Shown: piece after piece, positions 1 to 10,035 of the stretch | How positions within the stretch are numbered: the stretch's first letter is position 1 | Layout of the letters: each line of letters begins with the position of its first letter | Sequence record: MH460460.1 | Length of the DNA stretch: 64,000 nt | Direction: 5' to 3' (one strand) | Program-made: the position numbers and the translations under genes | The notes under the pieces: generated by a model | The model's input: the letters and a program-made list of their open reading frames with translations, nothing else | The model's database searches: none | What the model was told of the DNA's origin: nothing

Positions 1-1
1 A

Positions 2-286
2 TTGATGAAAGTAGAGATTGATCTCGGCAAAGATGCCGAACTAACTCCAAATGCGCAGCGTGCCGAAGACCGCGCTAAAGAACGTCGCCGTCTTAAAGAG
101 TATGGCGATACTCCGGAAGATGAGATCGAACAGAAGGAAAAGGAAAAGGAAGATCAGGCGGAAGAAAAACGCAAAACTGATAATCCACCGCCTCCTGAAA
201 ATCTCGGTCAATATAAACCGGAAACTTACGAAAGTCTGGATCAACAACTTTCCCATACGGACAGACAAATTTCTAAAAATCTGTAA
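2..286 (+). CDS. 3' fragment of a charged hypothetical protein
   Basis: Open from window edge; E/K-rich; stop lies inside a CTGTAAATA motif. Confidence 0.55.
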   Translation: MMKVEIDLGKDAELTPNAQRAEDRAKERRRLKEYGDTPEDEIEQKEKEKEDQAEEKRKTDNPPPPENLGQYKPETYESLDQQLSHTDRQISKNL

Positions 287-289
287 ATA
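281..289 (+). promoter_or_regulatory. Class-L motif CTGTAAATA upstream of the sigma gene
   Basis: Recurrent intergenic motif. Confidence 0.5.
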
Positions 290-321
290 GTGGGTAGGTT
301 AATTTTTCTTTGGGTGCGATA

Positions 322-1359
322 ATGTCGGACAAGTCCAATCTTACGGGCGGTCAGACTGAGGAAGTATTAGATACTCTGCTTTACGATTCATTACGCGAGA
401 TTGTAGAAAATACAGACTTGTTTGATGTTCAGCTTGTCTATCTCCTTAGTTTGATCACTTCGAATAAAAAACGTAAGCCTTACAATGCTGAAACTCGCGA
501 GCGTGCCATTAGTCTTGTGATCAAAACTCTGACTACTCCACGCGAAATGCGAATGCAGTATCTGGTCGAAGTGAAGATGGAGCGCAACTTCATCTATATC
601 TTTTTGGAAAATGTTCTGAACAAGTATTATCGCACCTATGTTGATTTGTACCGCATGTTCATTTCAACAACGGATAGCGATAAGCGTGCGATATATGCAA
701 AACGTTTGGATGTGATTGTTCGCGCCACTGGTGCAAGTTCGCGTTCAAAACTTTTTGTAGCGCTTGTTCGTTTGAATGATATGTTGCCTTTGTTCAAAGA
801 CTACTTTCATTCTGTCGTTGCTGATTTCTATCGCCTGTGTCAGAAGCACGCGAAGTTTTATATCGACACGAACAAGGGGAAACAATTTGATAGCAAGGAT
901 GTGAATCAAAATTTCCTGCGAAATGTGTTAATAGCAATAAACAAATACGATAGCGCGAAAGGTGCAATCGTAAGTTATGTTAAGTGGTGGATTCTCAACG
1001 CCCAAACGTGTAGTAGCAGTGATCACGAATATGGTATCGCCTACACAATTCCGCAAACGCAGAAGAAACGTTTGGCTACGAAAGAAGACACTACTTCCGT
1101 GAATTTTTCTGTCAGTCTTGATACTCCGACGAATGAAACTTCTGATGAGGGGATGGACGCATCCCTTCACAATAAAATGGGCAGCGAAAACCTTGAAGAT
1201 TCAGTTAACGGAACGAGACAGGCAGAGAAACTTGGCCTGTTGGTGAAACGTGTTGATCCATTCGGAATCGCTCGCCTGACTATGGATATTCGGGAAGCAT
1301 TCGAAAAGGAAGAATTGGATTTCATGCAAGCCTACATGCGCCGACAAGACTTGTCGTAA
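322..1359 (+). CDS. Divergent sigma70-family RNA polymerase sigma factor (region 4 apparently missing)
   Basis: VNQNFLRNVLIAINKYDSAKGAIVSYVKWWILNA matches sigma region 2.2-2.4 pattern; SVSLDTP matches region 3.2; ATG at 322 chosen over TTG 310. Confidence 0.75.
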   Translation: MSDKSNLTGGQTEEVLDTLLYDSLREIVENTDLFDVQLVYLLSLITSNKKRKPYNAETRERAISLVIKTLTTPREMRMQYLVEVKMERNFIYIFLENVLNKYYRTYVDLYRMFISTTDSDKRAIYAKRLDVIVRATGASSRSKLFVALVRLNDMLPLFKDYFHSVVADFYRLCQKHAKFYIDTNKGKQFDSKDVNQNFLRNVLIAINKYDSAKGAIVSYVKWWILNAQTCSSSDHEYGIAYTIPQTQKKRLATKEDTTSVNFSVSLDTPTNETSDEGMDASLHNKMGSENLEDSVNGTRQAEKLGLLVKRVDPFGIARLTMDIREAFEKEELDFMQAYMRRQDLS

Positions 1360-1372
1360 AACTAACACGAAT

Positions 1373-1380
1373 CTGTAAAC
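1373..1380 (+). promoter_or_regulatory. Class-L motif CTGTAAAC upstream of SSB-recA
   Basis: Recurrent intergenic motif. Confidence 0.5.
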
Positions 1381-1419
1381 GTTAAGTATACCGATTCAAC
1401 TCAATATTGAGGATTAAAC

Positions 1420-2607
<1,188 letters not shown>

Positions 2608-2622
2608 GTAGGTGATCTCATA

Positions 2623-2648
2623 GGGCGGCATTAGTCGCCCTTTCTTTT
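2623..2648 (+). terminator. Rho-independent terminator after SSB
   Basis: GGGCGGC-ATTA-GTCGCCC then TTTCTTTT. Confidence 0.7.
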
Positions 2649-2661
2649 CAGGAATCCAGTA

Positions 2662-4167
2662 ATGGCTAAAACCAAAACGAAAGAGAAGGTTGCGAAGAAA
2701 TCAAAAGCCGTTGAAGGTGGAGATCTCGTTGTAGCCAAAGCGAAGAAATCAGTTGTTGAAGCGCTTGAACCAAAAGTGTTTGGCATTGATATGAACGCTT
2801 ATCTTGACGGCGTTATTGATGCTGTTGAGAAGAAAACTAAAATCAGTTCGCAAAACATGATGCGTTATGCGGAGCGTATCAGTACCGGAATTCTGGCACT
2901 GGATATGTATCTGGATGGCGGTATTGTTCCGGGCGGCTGGTATACGTTTGCAGGCGGTGAGCAAAGTTGTAAATCAACTCTAGCAATGTGTATTGCGGCA
3001 GCTTTGATCAAACAAAACTTCCGTGGCACTACAAGTTACTTTGACTACGAAGGTTCGGCAGATGAGCAATACGCTGCGAACCAGTTGAAGACTCTTGGCG
3101 TTAAAATTGATCCGAAAGAAATCTTCGGCGTCAAAGATTCCGAAACTGATGAATGGTTGGTTCGTCCTCGTATTCGTTACTATGCGCCGGATAACGGAGA
3201 GAAGTTCTTCGATTATATGTCGAGTATTCGCCGTCGCCTTCCGGATAAAGTTGTAGAAAAAGATGGTCGCGCATTCTTTATTTTCGAAAACACGAAAGAG
3301 AATAAAAAGTTTGTCGGCAATCACTACGATAAGAAATGGTTTAGCAGCCATAACCAATTCAAAGTTCCTGCACCTGATGCGCACATGCAAAGCCTCACTC
3401 TCGTTGACTCTTATCCTGCGATGATGCCGGATCAAGTGGATGATGATGAAGGTAGTAAAGCAATGGCGTTGCAGGCGCGTATGTTCTCGGACGGTATCAA
3501 ACGTTTCCGTGGTGGTATGCGTCGTAAGATGATGACGATCATTGGTATTAACCAGTTGCGTCAAAAACCTGCGACAATGTTTGGTTCTCCGGAATATGAA
3601 CCGTGCGGCGATGCACTGAAATTTTATTCTGACGTTCGTTTGCGTATGGCGAGCCGTGCTGTTCCTCAAGGTTGGCCTCAGCTTAAAGATGCGCCGGGTA
3701 TCGTTGGTGAAGACAGCGTAACTGTTGAAGGCGGCATTGACCGTTATCGCTTTATCGCAATTCGCACAACGAAAAATAAAATGGGCGGCATTCCAAACCA
3801 AACAACGTGGGTTCGTTTGTGGGAATCCGATGGTAACGGTGAAGCGCGTGGTTTCGATCCGGTTTTCGATACATGGCATTACATGAAAACTATCGGACTG
3901 ATCAGCGGTACGCGTAACCGTATCAAGTTTGTTGATCCATGTCCTCTCGCAAGTAAGGTTGCAATCGACTGGCAGGAATTCCGTACTCTGATCAATGGCA
4001 ACAAAGAACAGATTACGAAACTCTGCAAGAAGATGGGTGTTAAGCCTAACTCTCTGCGTGCGTGGTGTTTCAAATTCATCAAGACACCGAAAGGGAAAGA
4101 TTTACTGCGTAAGAGCATTATCTCAAAAGGTAAATCTTCTTCTGACGATGACGGTGATGATGATTAA
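2662..4167 (+). CDS. recA: RecA/UvsX recombinase
   Basis: ISTGILALD, Walker A GGEQSCKST, Walker B LVDS, ALQARMFS, GINQLR, GDALKFYSDVRL. Confidence 0.95.
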   Translation: MAKTKTKEKVAKKSKAVEGGDLVVAKAKKSVVEALEPKVFGIDMNAYLDGVIDAVEKKTKISSQNMMRYAERISTGILALDMYLDGGIVPGGWYTFAGGEQSCKSTLAMCIAAALIKQNFRGTTSYFDYEGSADEQYAANQLKTLGVKIDPKEIFGVKDSETDEWLVRPRIRYYAPDNGEKFFDYMSSIRRRLPDKVVEKDGRAFFIFENTKENKKFVGNHYDKKWFSSHNQFKVPAPDAHMQSLTLVDSYPAMMPDQVDDDEGSKAMALQARMFSDGIKRFRGGMRRKMMTIIGINQLRQKPATMFGSPEYEPCGDALKFYSDVRLRMASRAVPQGWPQLKDAPGIVGEDSVTVEGGIDRYRFIAIRTTKNKMGGIPNQTTWVRLWESDGNGEARGFDPVFDTWHYMKTIGLISGTRNRIKFVDPCPLASKVAIDWQEFRTLINGNKEQITKLCKKMGVKPNSLRAWCFKFIKTPKGKDLLRKSIISKGKSSSDDDGDDD

Positions 4168-4208
4168 TTCTTTGGCGGGGAAACCCGCCTTAGTTTCAGG
4201 AGAAAGTA

Positions 4209-4610
4209 ATGTCTGATTTTCTTCCATCCGATATTCGTCCCGGAACGCTGTTTGATAATCCGGTTGAATATGTTCCGGAACTTTCACTTGCTCTTTTCAA
4301 TCGCCTGTTGGTTGAACTCAAAAAGAATTCGGTATCCAGTAATCGCTTTGCGTTTATGGTTGGCGATGCACTGCGCGAAAGTTTTGATGACTGTCGCCGT
4401 GGCGCGAGTGATATGTTGCTGTCGATGTATTTCGATCCGTACATGAAAGAACTTCCAAAAGAATATTTGGGGGTTATTCTCGGTACTCCTATCTTCGCGA
4501 ACTCTGATTTAAATCCCTATGCGCTTATTGCTGTAAGTTTCGCGCAATCCCGCGACGGCAAATATGATGCGCAATTTCAGACTGGTATTGATCTCACGCC
4601 AAATCTGTAA
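4209..4610 (+). CDS. Hypothetical protein
   Basis: Packed ORF with SD; ends CTG-TAA in motif. Confidence 0.65.
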   Translation: MSDFLPSDIRPGTLFDNPVEYVPELSLALFNRLLVELKKNSVSSNRFAFMVGDALRESFDDCRRGASDMLLSMYFDPYMKELPKEYLGVILGTPIFANSDLNPYALIAVSFAQSRDGKYDAQFQTGIDLTPNL

Positions 4611-4663
4611 ATAGGTATTGAAGAATTGCTGTGTGTAGTCTTGCTCTCATAAAGAGCATTTTC

Positions 4664-4690
4664 GGGGCGCTTCGGTGCCCCATTTTTTTT
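4664..4690 (+). terminator. Rho-independent terminator
   Basis: GGGGCGC-TTCG-GTGCCCC then A+8T. Confidence 0.85.
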
Positions 4691-4727
4691 AACTCTCGAT
4701 AGCCCAATGCGGGCAGGAGAAAATCAA

Positions 4728-5507
4728 ATGTCAAACTTCATTGAAGTGACCGTTATCCGCGATACTCAGGTATTAGACGGAATCATTCATGGCGCATACC
4801 GCCGCAATCGTGACGCAATGAAATCCGTTAAGGAAGCGTCAAAATTTAATAACACGCAAGAAGTCGAATCTCTCAAGATGATGGTAAATCAAAACTTCTT
4901 CGCGTATGTCGATGTTACGAAAAAAGCTGCGGAGTCTGCAATCTTCTCTGCGCTCAAACGCGATGACTCAGGTTTCATTACTACCGGTATTCATGTTTGC
5001 CAAAATGATTTTCGTGGAAGGTCTGCGCAAAGTCCTTCCATTATTTTCTCTGATAATCTCGAAGTGATTTCAGATCAGGATTTATCGTCGGCACTGCGCT
5101 CGATGTTTATAACGCTTTTCCGAAGCGGTGCGACATTCAAAAAGGCTTTCCGTTTTTATTGTTCCGGAAACTTTTCAGAAAAATTCTGCCGCTGTTTAGC
5201 CGAAGCATATTACAATTTTAAAATCGACGGTGTGGGTCATATCCATCCGTACACCGGAACGAAGTCGATGCCTATTCCGGCGCAGGATCTTCACTCGCTG
5301 TTCATTGAGAATCGTACACCAAATAAAGAACTGGATAGTGCGAAATATATTGTTGTCGGCGAAGACCACGCAATTTATTATTCAGACCAGTTAATTGATC
5401 GTCTGATTCGCTACTGCACTTCTCGCGATATTCCTTTGTACATTCCGGAACAGCGCTATCGTCAATTCGTGATTGGAACTCAAATTCATTTTGGAGTAAT
5501 CGCGTGA
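4728..5507 (+). CDS. Hypothetical protein, possible degenerate SLOG/YspA-like domain
   Basis: AGGAG SD before ATG 4728; weak secondary-structure-order resemblance only. Confidence 0.5.
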   Translation: MSNFIEVTVIRDTQVLDGIIHGAYRRNRDAMKSVKEASKFNNTQEVESLKMMVNQNFFAYVDVTKKAAESAIFSALKRDDSGFITTGIHVCQNDFRGRSAQSPSIIFSDNLEVISDQDLSSALRSMFITLFRSGATFKKAFRFYCSGNFSEKFCRCLAEAYYNFKIDGVGHIHPYTGTKSMPIPAQDLHSLFIENRTPNKELDSAKYIVVGEDHAIYYSDQLIDRLIRYCTSRDIPLYIPEQRYRQFVIGTQIHFGVIA

Positions 5508-6082
5508 AAATAAATTTTGTGAACGACACGAACCCTAAAGCGTATCGTGTCGGCTTGTCTGTGTTTAGCGATTCTCCGGAAATGGAAAAACGCATTACGG
5601 ACAATTTTAACAAGCAGCCAGACACGTTGCATTATTCTCGCCTTACTCAAATCGTTCGTGATCGCCTGTGTGAGTTTGGCGTCAATATTCCTTTTGAGTG
5701 CGGCGCTGTTTTAAATCCTGTTTATGTGATTGCGTTTCGTAGCAGCTTTCTTGCCGTGCCTCTTCGCTTAGTTCAATTTATTGCGGAAGCGCATAGAGAA
5801 GTCTACGATCAGGCAGAGGCTTTTGCAGGTTGTCCTCGGCAAGAACTTGCGGCCTCTGTTACTGCAACGCTTCAAGTTCGCGCCATAGAGCTTGGATATT
5901 TGAATCTTGATTTCCGCATTAGCGATTCTATGGATCTGAATATTCTGGCTGGATCGTATTCGGTGCATGTTGATTTTTCTAATCAGGTTTTGGAAATCAC
6001 GCACGAAAAAGTTCGGCATGTCGGAACGATTGATTATATTCTGTTGGATTTATTTGGAGAACATCATGACTGTAGCCACTGA
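5504..6082 (+). CDS. Hypothetical protein
   Basis: GTGA start/stop overlap; no motif recognised. Confidence 0.6.
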   Translation: MKINFVNDTNPKAYRVGLSVFSDSPEMEKRITDNFNKQPDTLHYSRLTQIVRDRLCEFGVNIPFECGAVLNPVYVIAFRSSFLAVPLRLVQFIAEAHREVYDQAEAFAGCPRQELAASVTATLQVRAIELGYLNLDFRISDSMDLNILAGSYSVHVDFSNQVLEITHEKVRHVGTIDYILLDLFGEHHDCSH

Positions 6083-6599
6083 AATCGTTCAAAATTTTAT
6101 TTCGCATATCTCTGAAAAACTTAACGGTACTCCTGATTATAGCAACACCGATCAGGGCGTCATGGTTCAAATTGAAATCAAAGCGTCGCAGAATCTATCG
6201 GGGAAAATTGATTTGTCTATCGCGAATGAAGACGAAATCAAAAAATCTTATCCCCACGGTTTTCATATTCTGCGTGTCTTCGATACGCAATCGTTCCTGA
6301 TCGCTTCCGGTTATGGCCGACCTGAGCATATGTATGTTTTGCAATTTGAAGTTTTGGCAAAGCAAGAAAATGAAATGTCGGCAGAAGAAAAAGCCGATGA
6401 GAAAGAGCGTATTAAAAATCTCAAAGCGCAGCAACAAGTCGAGGCAGATTCTCTGGTTCTTACTTCTCTGGAAAATGGAATCGTCGATCTGATTCGTGCT
6501 AGTGATGATAAAATTCAGGCGTATGATGAAATGACGGATGCGAAAAAGAAAGTAATCCGCTCTCATTTGAACACCTTGCTGGCGCTGATGCGTTTGTAA
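6066..6599 (+). CDS. Hypothetical protein
   Basis: GGAG SD before ATG 6066. Confidence 0.65.
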   Translation: MTVATEIVQNFISHISEKLNGTPDYSNTDQGVMVQIEIKASQNLSGKIDLSIANEDEIKKSYPHGFHILRVFDTQSFLIASGYGRPEHMYVLQFEVLAKQENEMSAEEKADEKERIKNLKAQQQVEADSLVLTSLENGIVDLIRASDDKIQAYDEMTDAKKKVIRSHLNTLLALMRL

Positions 6600-6679
6600 A
6601 AACTTAGCCCACCAACGATTTCCTCCATAATTTATTTTGGTAGCATAGATTTGTTACTACAATAATAAGAGGACACGTT

Positions 6680-6928
6680 ATGGCGAATCGCGGTGAAATT
6701 AGACTCGCATATAATCAGCGTCGTGATCAGTGGTTCTCTAAGGAGGAAGAAATTTCTTCTGCGAAAACCGTTGCATTCGTTGACTGCCGTATGTTTGTCC
6801 AATGCACATCCGATTGTGTTTCCGAACAATCCACCGATAAGAAAGTAATTTCTTACTACCGTGAGAATGCGCTTGTTGGTCAAGTCGTGTGGGTCGAAGA
6901 GGAAGTTCACTTTCGACTTATGATCTAA
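6680..6928 (+). CDS. Small hypothetical protein
   Basis: GAGG SD; followed by terminator. Confidence 0.6.
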   Translation: MANRGEIRLAYNQRRDQWFSKEEEISSAKTVAFVDCRMFVQCTSDCVSEQSTDKKVISYYRENALVGQVVWVEEEVHFRLMI

Positions 6929-6934
6929 AAAACC

Positions 6935-6976
6935 AAAGGCTACTTTTTCTCTGGGGAAAGTAGCCTTTTTTATTTT
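6935..6976 (+). terminator. Rho-independent terminator
   Basis: AAAGGCTACTTT/AAAGTAGCCTTT stem then T-rich run. Confidence 0.75.
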
Positions 6977-6991
6977 CCGTGAGGATTCCAT

Positions 6992-8809
6992 ATGTCTACT
7001 ATTTCTTTGTCGCAGAAGAGTCAAGAGATTGCCTCTCTGTCGGCATCTGTTGCGCAAAAGGAAGCTGCAAAGTTTCTTTTTGGCAAAAACTATTTGAAGA
7101 TCCTTGAGACAATCGAGAAACTTGCGAAGTCGAAAGTGGTTGTATCGCCTCAATTGCGTGGTCTGCTTCTGATGATGCGCGATGCAGAAGACGCAGAGAT
7201 CATTAAGTTTCAGAAATCCGTGCCGGGTAAAGCAACCATCAAAGCCGCGCAGGATCTGCTTAAAGCAAAAACTCTGGATGCAAGTTTGAAAGCATTCCGT
7301 GGAATAAAGGTTGCGAAGAAATGGACGCAGGAGGCAGGCAAAACAAAAGACGTGACGAAGCCTGTTCCGAAAGTTAAACCTGCTCGCCAGCCTAAACCTG
7401 CGCCGGAAGAAAAACCTGTTCTGAAAGTTGGTGAACAAGTTAAGTCTGCACCGAAAATTGGAACGCCTCAAATTCCTGATCTCACCAATAAACCAAATCC
7501 GGATACCAAATTCGGCAAACTGGTTAATGACACCGTTCGCGTTATCGTGAATGCTGCATACCTGATCGATGATTCAATGATCATGCTGACCAAAAACGGC
7601 GGCTATCAAATTCGTATCTATCCAAAAGTTACTGACAACCCGCGTGAAGATCTCGCTTATGGGATCATTGTTCATAAAGACGAAACTTTCAGTTACGGTG
7701 TTTATGACAAAAACGGTATCGGTAAAACTGTCGGCAGTGATACCAACATGCGCAAAGCAGTGTCGCGCATTATTCACGAAATCGAAACCAACAACCCGAC
7801 CAATGCTAACGCGTTTCAGGTTGCTTTCGGTAGAGGCAAAGCAAAAGACGATCATAAATCTGAAACCGTTCTGGTTGATGAAATTTCTGATGTGTTGCCG
7901 CAAACTCTGGATAAAAAGTTTGAGAACTATACCGATCACGTTAAAGCGATTGGCGATAACCTCAAACGAAATATTCCCGGCCTGAAAACTAAATTGCTTC
8001 CTCGCGGTCTGGAATTGATCATGGGGCAGGATGAATTCGGCACGCTGAAATTCGGTGATGGGCGTTGGTTACTCACGCCTTATAAACGCGTACACAAGAC
8101 GGTTGATATCGGGCAGAACTATGACGCAGGCTACGTGATTCAAACACTGAAAGATATGTTTGAGGCTGATCGTAAACGTGCTGCGCGTAAAGAAAAAACT
8201 CACGGCGTAACAGATAACCTGATGTTGAAATACAAACAGGATATGATGAGCGCACTGGCAAGTAGCGATCTGAAACTGTTCGACGAAGTTCATAACGGAA
8301 AAGAAACCAACGACGATAATCTTGTTTGGGATATGTCGTATCGTATGCCTGAAACTGGAATCTCGTTGCCTGTTTCTATTCGCTATAATCGCCGTCGTGG
8401 TTACAGCTTTGGATTGAATGGCGCACCTTACACGATGATTCAACCGGGCGTAGCTCAGAACATTGGTAAGTTTGTTCGCGCTCTCAAATCCACTATTGCC
8501 GCTGTTGTGAAAGGTAGCAGTAAAAAATATGCGCTTGTTGATGGGCGTCCGTTTACTCCGGGAACTGGCGTGCTGCACGCGAAAGCGAAAGCGGTTGATA
8601 TTCGCTGCACGCAAACAGCAATTTTCCTTACTGGTAATCCTGCGGCGGTTTCGACTTTGTTCGACGGAAGTTTCAAACAGCCTCTGCTGGATTCTAAAGG
8701 TACGGCAACCGTGAACCGTGCGGCACCGAACAACTATCGCATTCTCTGCAATAATGAGGAAGTGCGTGATCAAATCCTGATGGGTGCAAACATCATCCGG
8801 AAACTGTAA
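6992..8809 (+). CDS. Multidomain hypothetical protein (605 aa) with K/P-rich linker
   Basis: GAGG SD; long ORF with phage-like codon usage. Confidence 0.8.
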   Translation: MSTISLSQKSQEIASLSASVAQKEAAKFLFGKNYLKILETIEKLAKSKVVVSPQLRGLLLMMRDAEDAEIIKFQKSVPGKATIKAAQDLLKAKTLDASLKAFRGIKVAKKWTQEAGKTKDVTKPVPKVKPARQPKPAPEEKPVLKVGEQVKSAPKIGTPQIPDLTNKPNPDTKFGKLVNDTVRVIVNAAYLIDDSMIMLTKNGGYQIRIYPKVTDNPREDLAYGIIVHKDETFSYGVYDKNGIGKTVGSDTNMRKAVSRIIHEIETNNPTNANAFQVAFGRGKAKDDHKSETVLVDEISDVLPQTLDKKFENYTDHVKAIGDNLKRNIPGLKTKLLPRGLELIMGQDEFGTLKFGDGRWLLTPYKRVHKTVDIGQNYDAGYVIQTLKDMFEADRKRAARKEKTHGVTDNLMLKYKQDMMSALASSDLKLFDEVHNGKETNDDNLVWDMSYRMPETGISLPVSIRYNRRRGYSFGLNGAPYTMIQPGVAQNIGKFVRALKSTIAAVVKGSSKKYALVDGRPFTPGTGVLHAKAKAVDIRCTQTAIFLTGNPAAVSTLFDGSFKQPLLDSKGTATVNRAAPNNYRILCNNEEVRDQILMGANIIRKL

Positions 8810-8814
8810 ATATT

Positions 8815-8844
8815 AGGGAGTGGGCGAAAGCTCATTCCCTTTTT
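8815..8844 (+). terminator. Rho-independent terminator (copy 1 of identical 30-mer)
   Basis: GGGAGTGGGC-GAAA-GCTCATTCCC-TTTTT. Confidence 0.8.
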
Positions 8845-8861
8845 CAATTCTGGAGCCAAAA

Positions 8862-9455
8862 ATGTCCTCTGTTTCATGTCTGGTGATTCGCTGTAATCAA
8901 AAACAATTCGAAGCGAAAGAAATCTTTTCGTATCTTCGAATCAAAGCAAAACTTTCTACCGTCTCTGCTGTTATGCTCGCTGTTGAAGACGCAGGACGCT
9001 ATTCGTTTTATATCCTGCGCGATCTGTTTTATTTCCGTAACGTGTCGAAAACGAAAACTGACAAGCCGTTTACTATCAAGTGGACAGAACATCCGGAACC
9101 GGTAACGCAAAACCAATTGCTTGATGGCAACCGCTGGCACCTGACGCAGTTTTTTAATTCCGACCGTGGTTTGGATTCCGGATATATGGTTTCAGAATTG
9201 CAGACCGCAACCAATGTTAGCCTGACGCATTGCCAACGTTTCTTTGTTGATCCGGAAACCACTGTTCCGCGCAATCGCGTTAAGCGTGTTGTTGAGCGCA
9301 ATCCGTTTTTGAAATCTGCTACGGTTGGTGAAATCATTCGCGAAATGAATCGCCGTGGCTATGAAATGACTTACGCACCGAAAGAGAACAGCAATGAAAA
9401 AGATGGGAACGGTAACGGTTCTGTCGTTGAAGGACAAAGCGCCGAAGAACGTTGA
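8862..9455 (+). CDS. Hypothetical protein
   Basis: GGAG SD before ATG 8862. Confidence 0.65.
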   Translation: MSSVSCLVIRCNQKQFEAKEIFSYLRIKAKLSTVSAVMLAVEDAGRYSFYILRDLFYFRNVSKTKTDKPFTIKWTEHPEPVTQNQLLDGNRWHLTQFFNSDRGLDSGYMVSELQTATNVSLTHCQRFFVDPETTVPRNRVKRVVERNPFLKSATVGEIIREMNRRGYEMTYAPKENSNEKDGNGNGSVVEGQSAEER

Positions 9456-10035
9456 TTTGGATATCACTCCAGTTTCTACTGATGACGAGTGGAGCGCGTT
9501 AAGCCCTTTTAAACTCGGCCCTTGTCGAACGGCAGGCGGTACTTTATTTTTCAATTTCGAAAATCTCTGGCAGTACAGTAAAGTTTATCCGGAACATCTG
9601 GAATCAGATAACGATCTTCTTTGCGGAGAAGTTGCTTCGGAATGGTTTCGCTGGCACATGAGCGGCGCACGCGAAAGAAGAGGCATTCGCTATCCTATGG
9701 GGAAAGGAGCAAAAGCAAAATTCTCCGTTTGGGGAAACCTGCGCCTTTCCTATATCTCAGCACGTAAAATGATTTACGTTCCTGAATATTCAAAACTGCT
9801 TTTGGCTAACACGAAGTTCCGAAAACTTTTAAGGCAGTACAATAAAGGCGCTAACATTGTCATTCGTGATTACGATACTTACGATGCTTTGAAAGCGTAT
9901 GCGAATAAAAAAGAACATCATCCGTTTCTTTATGCGTTGAATAATCCTGATAAGAAATTCGGTCATGGTTTCGTTATTGGCATGGCGCTGATGTTGAACC
10001 CTGTTCCCGGATGGTACGATCAATGGGTGCTGTAA
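9394..10035 (+). CDS. NADAR-like (YbiA-related) putative ADP-ribose/N-glycosidase
   Basis: LSPF...FENLWQYSKVY...RYPMG...YISARKMIYVPEY; motif order resembles NADAR LSNF...EHYYQAxKF. Confidence 0.45.
   Translation: MKKMGTVTVLSLKDKAPKNVDLDITPVSTDDEWSALSPFKLGPCRTAGGTLFFNFENLWQYSKVYPEHLESDNDLLCGEVASEWFRWHMSGARERRGIRYPMGKGAKAKFSVWGNLRLSYISARKMIYVPEYSKLLLANTKFRKLLRQYNKGANIVIRDYDTYDALKAYANKKEHHPFLYALNNPDKKFGHGFVIGMALMLNPVPGWYDQWVL

Noticed and set aside
310-321. TTG start for the sigma gene and other extended starts in the ORF track (4707, 5967, 8820, 22866, 24236, 29037, 34862, 59523)
   Set aside because: Downstream ATGs, usually with a better SD, avoid overlap with upstream genes or terminators
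3043-3406. RecA insertion as an intein
   Set aside because: No Cys/Ser start with His-Asn end followed by C/S/T, and no homing-endonuclease motifs
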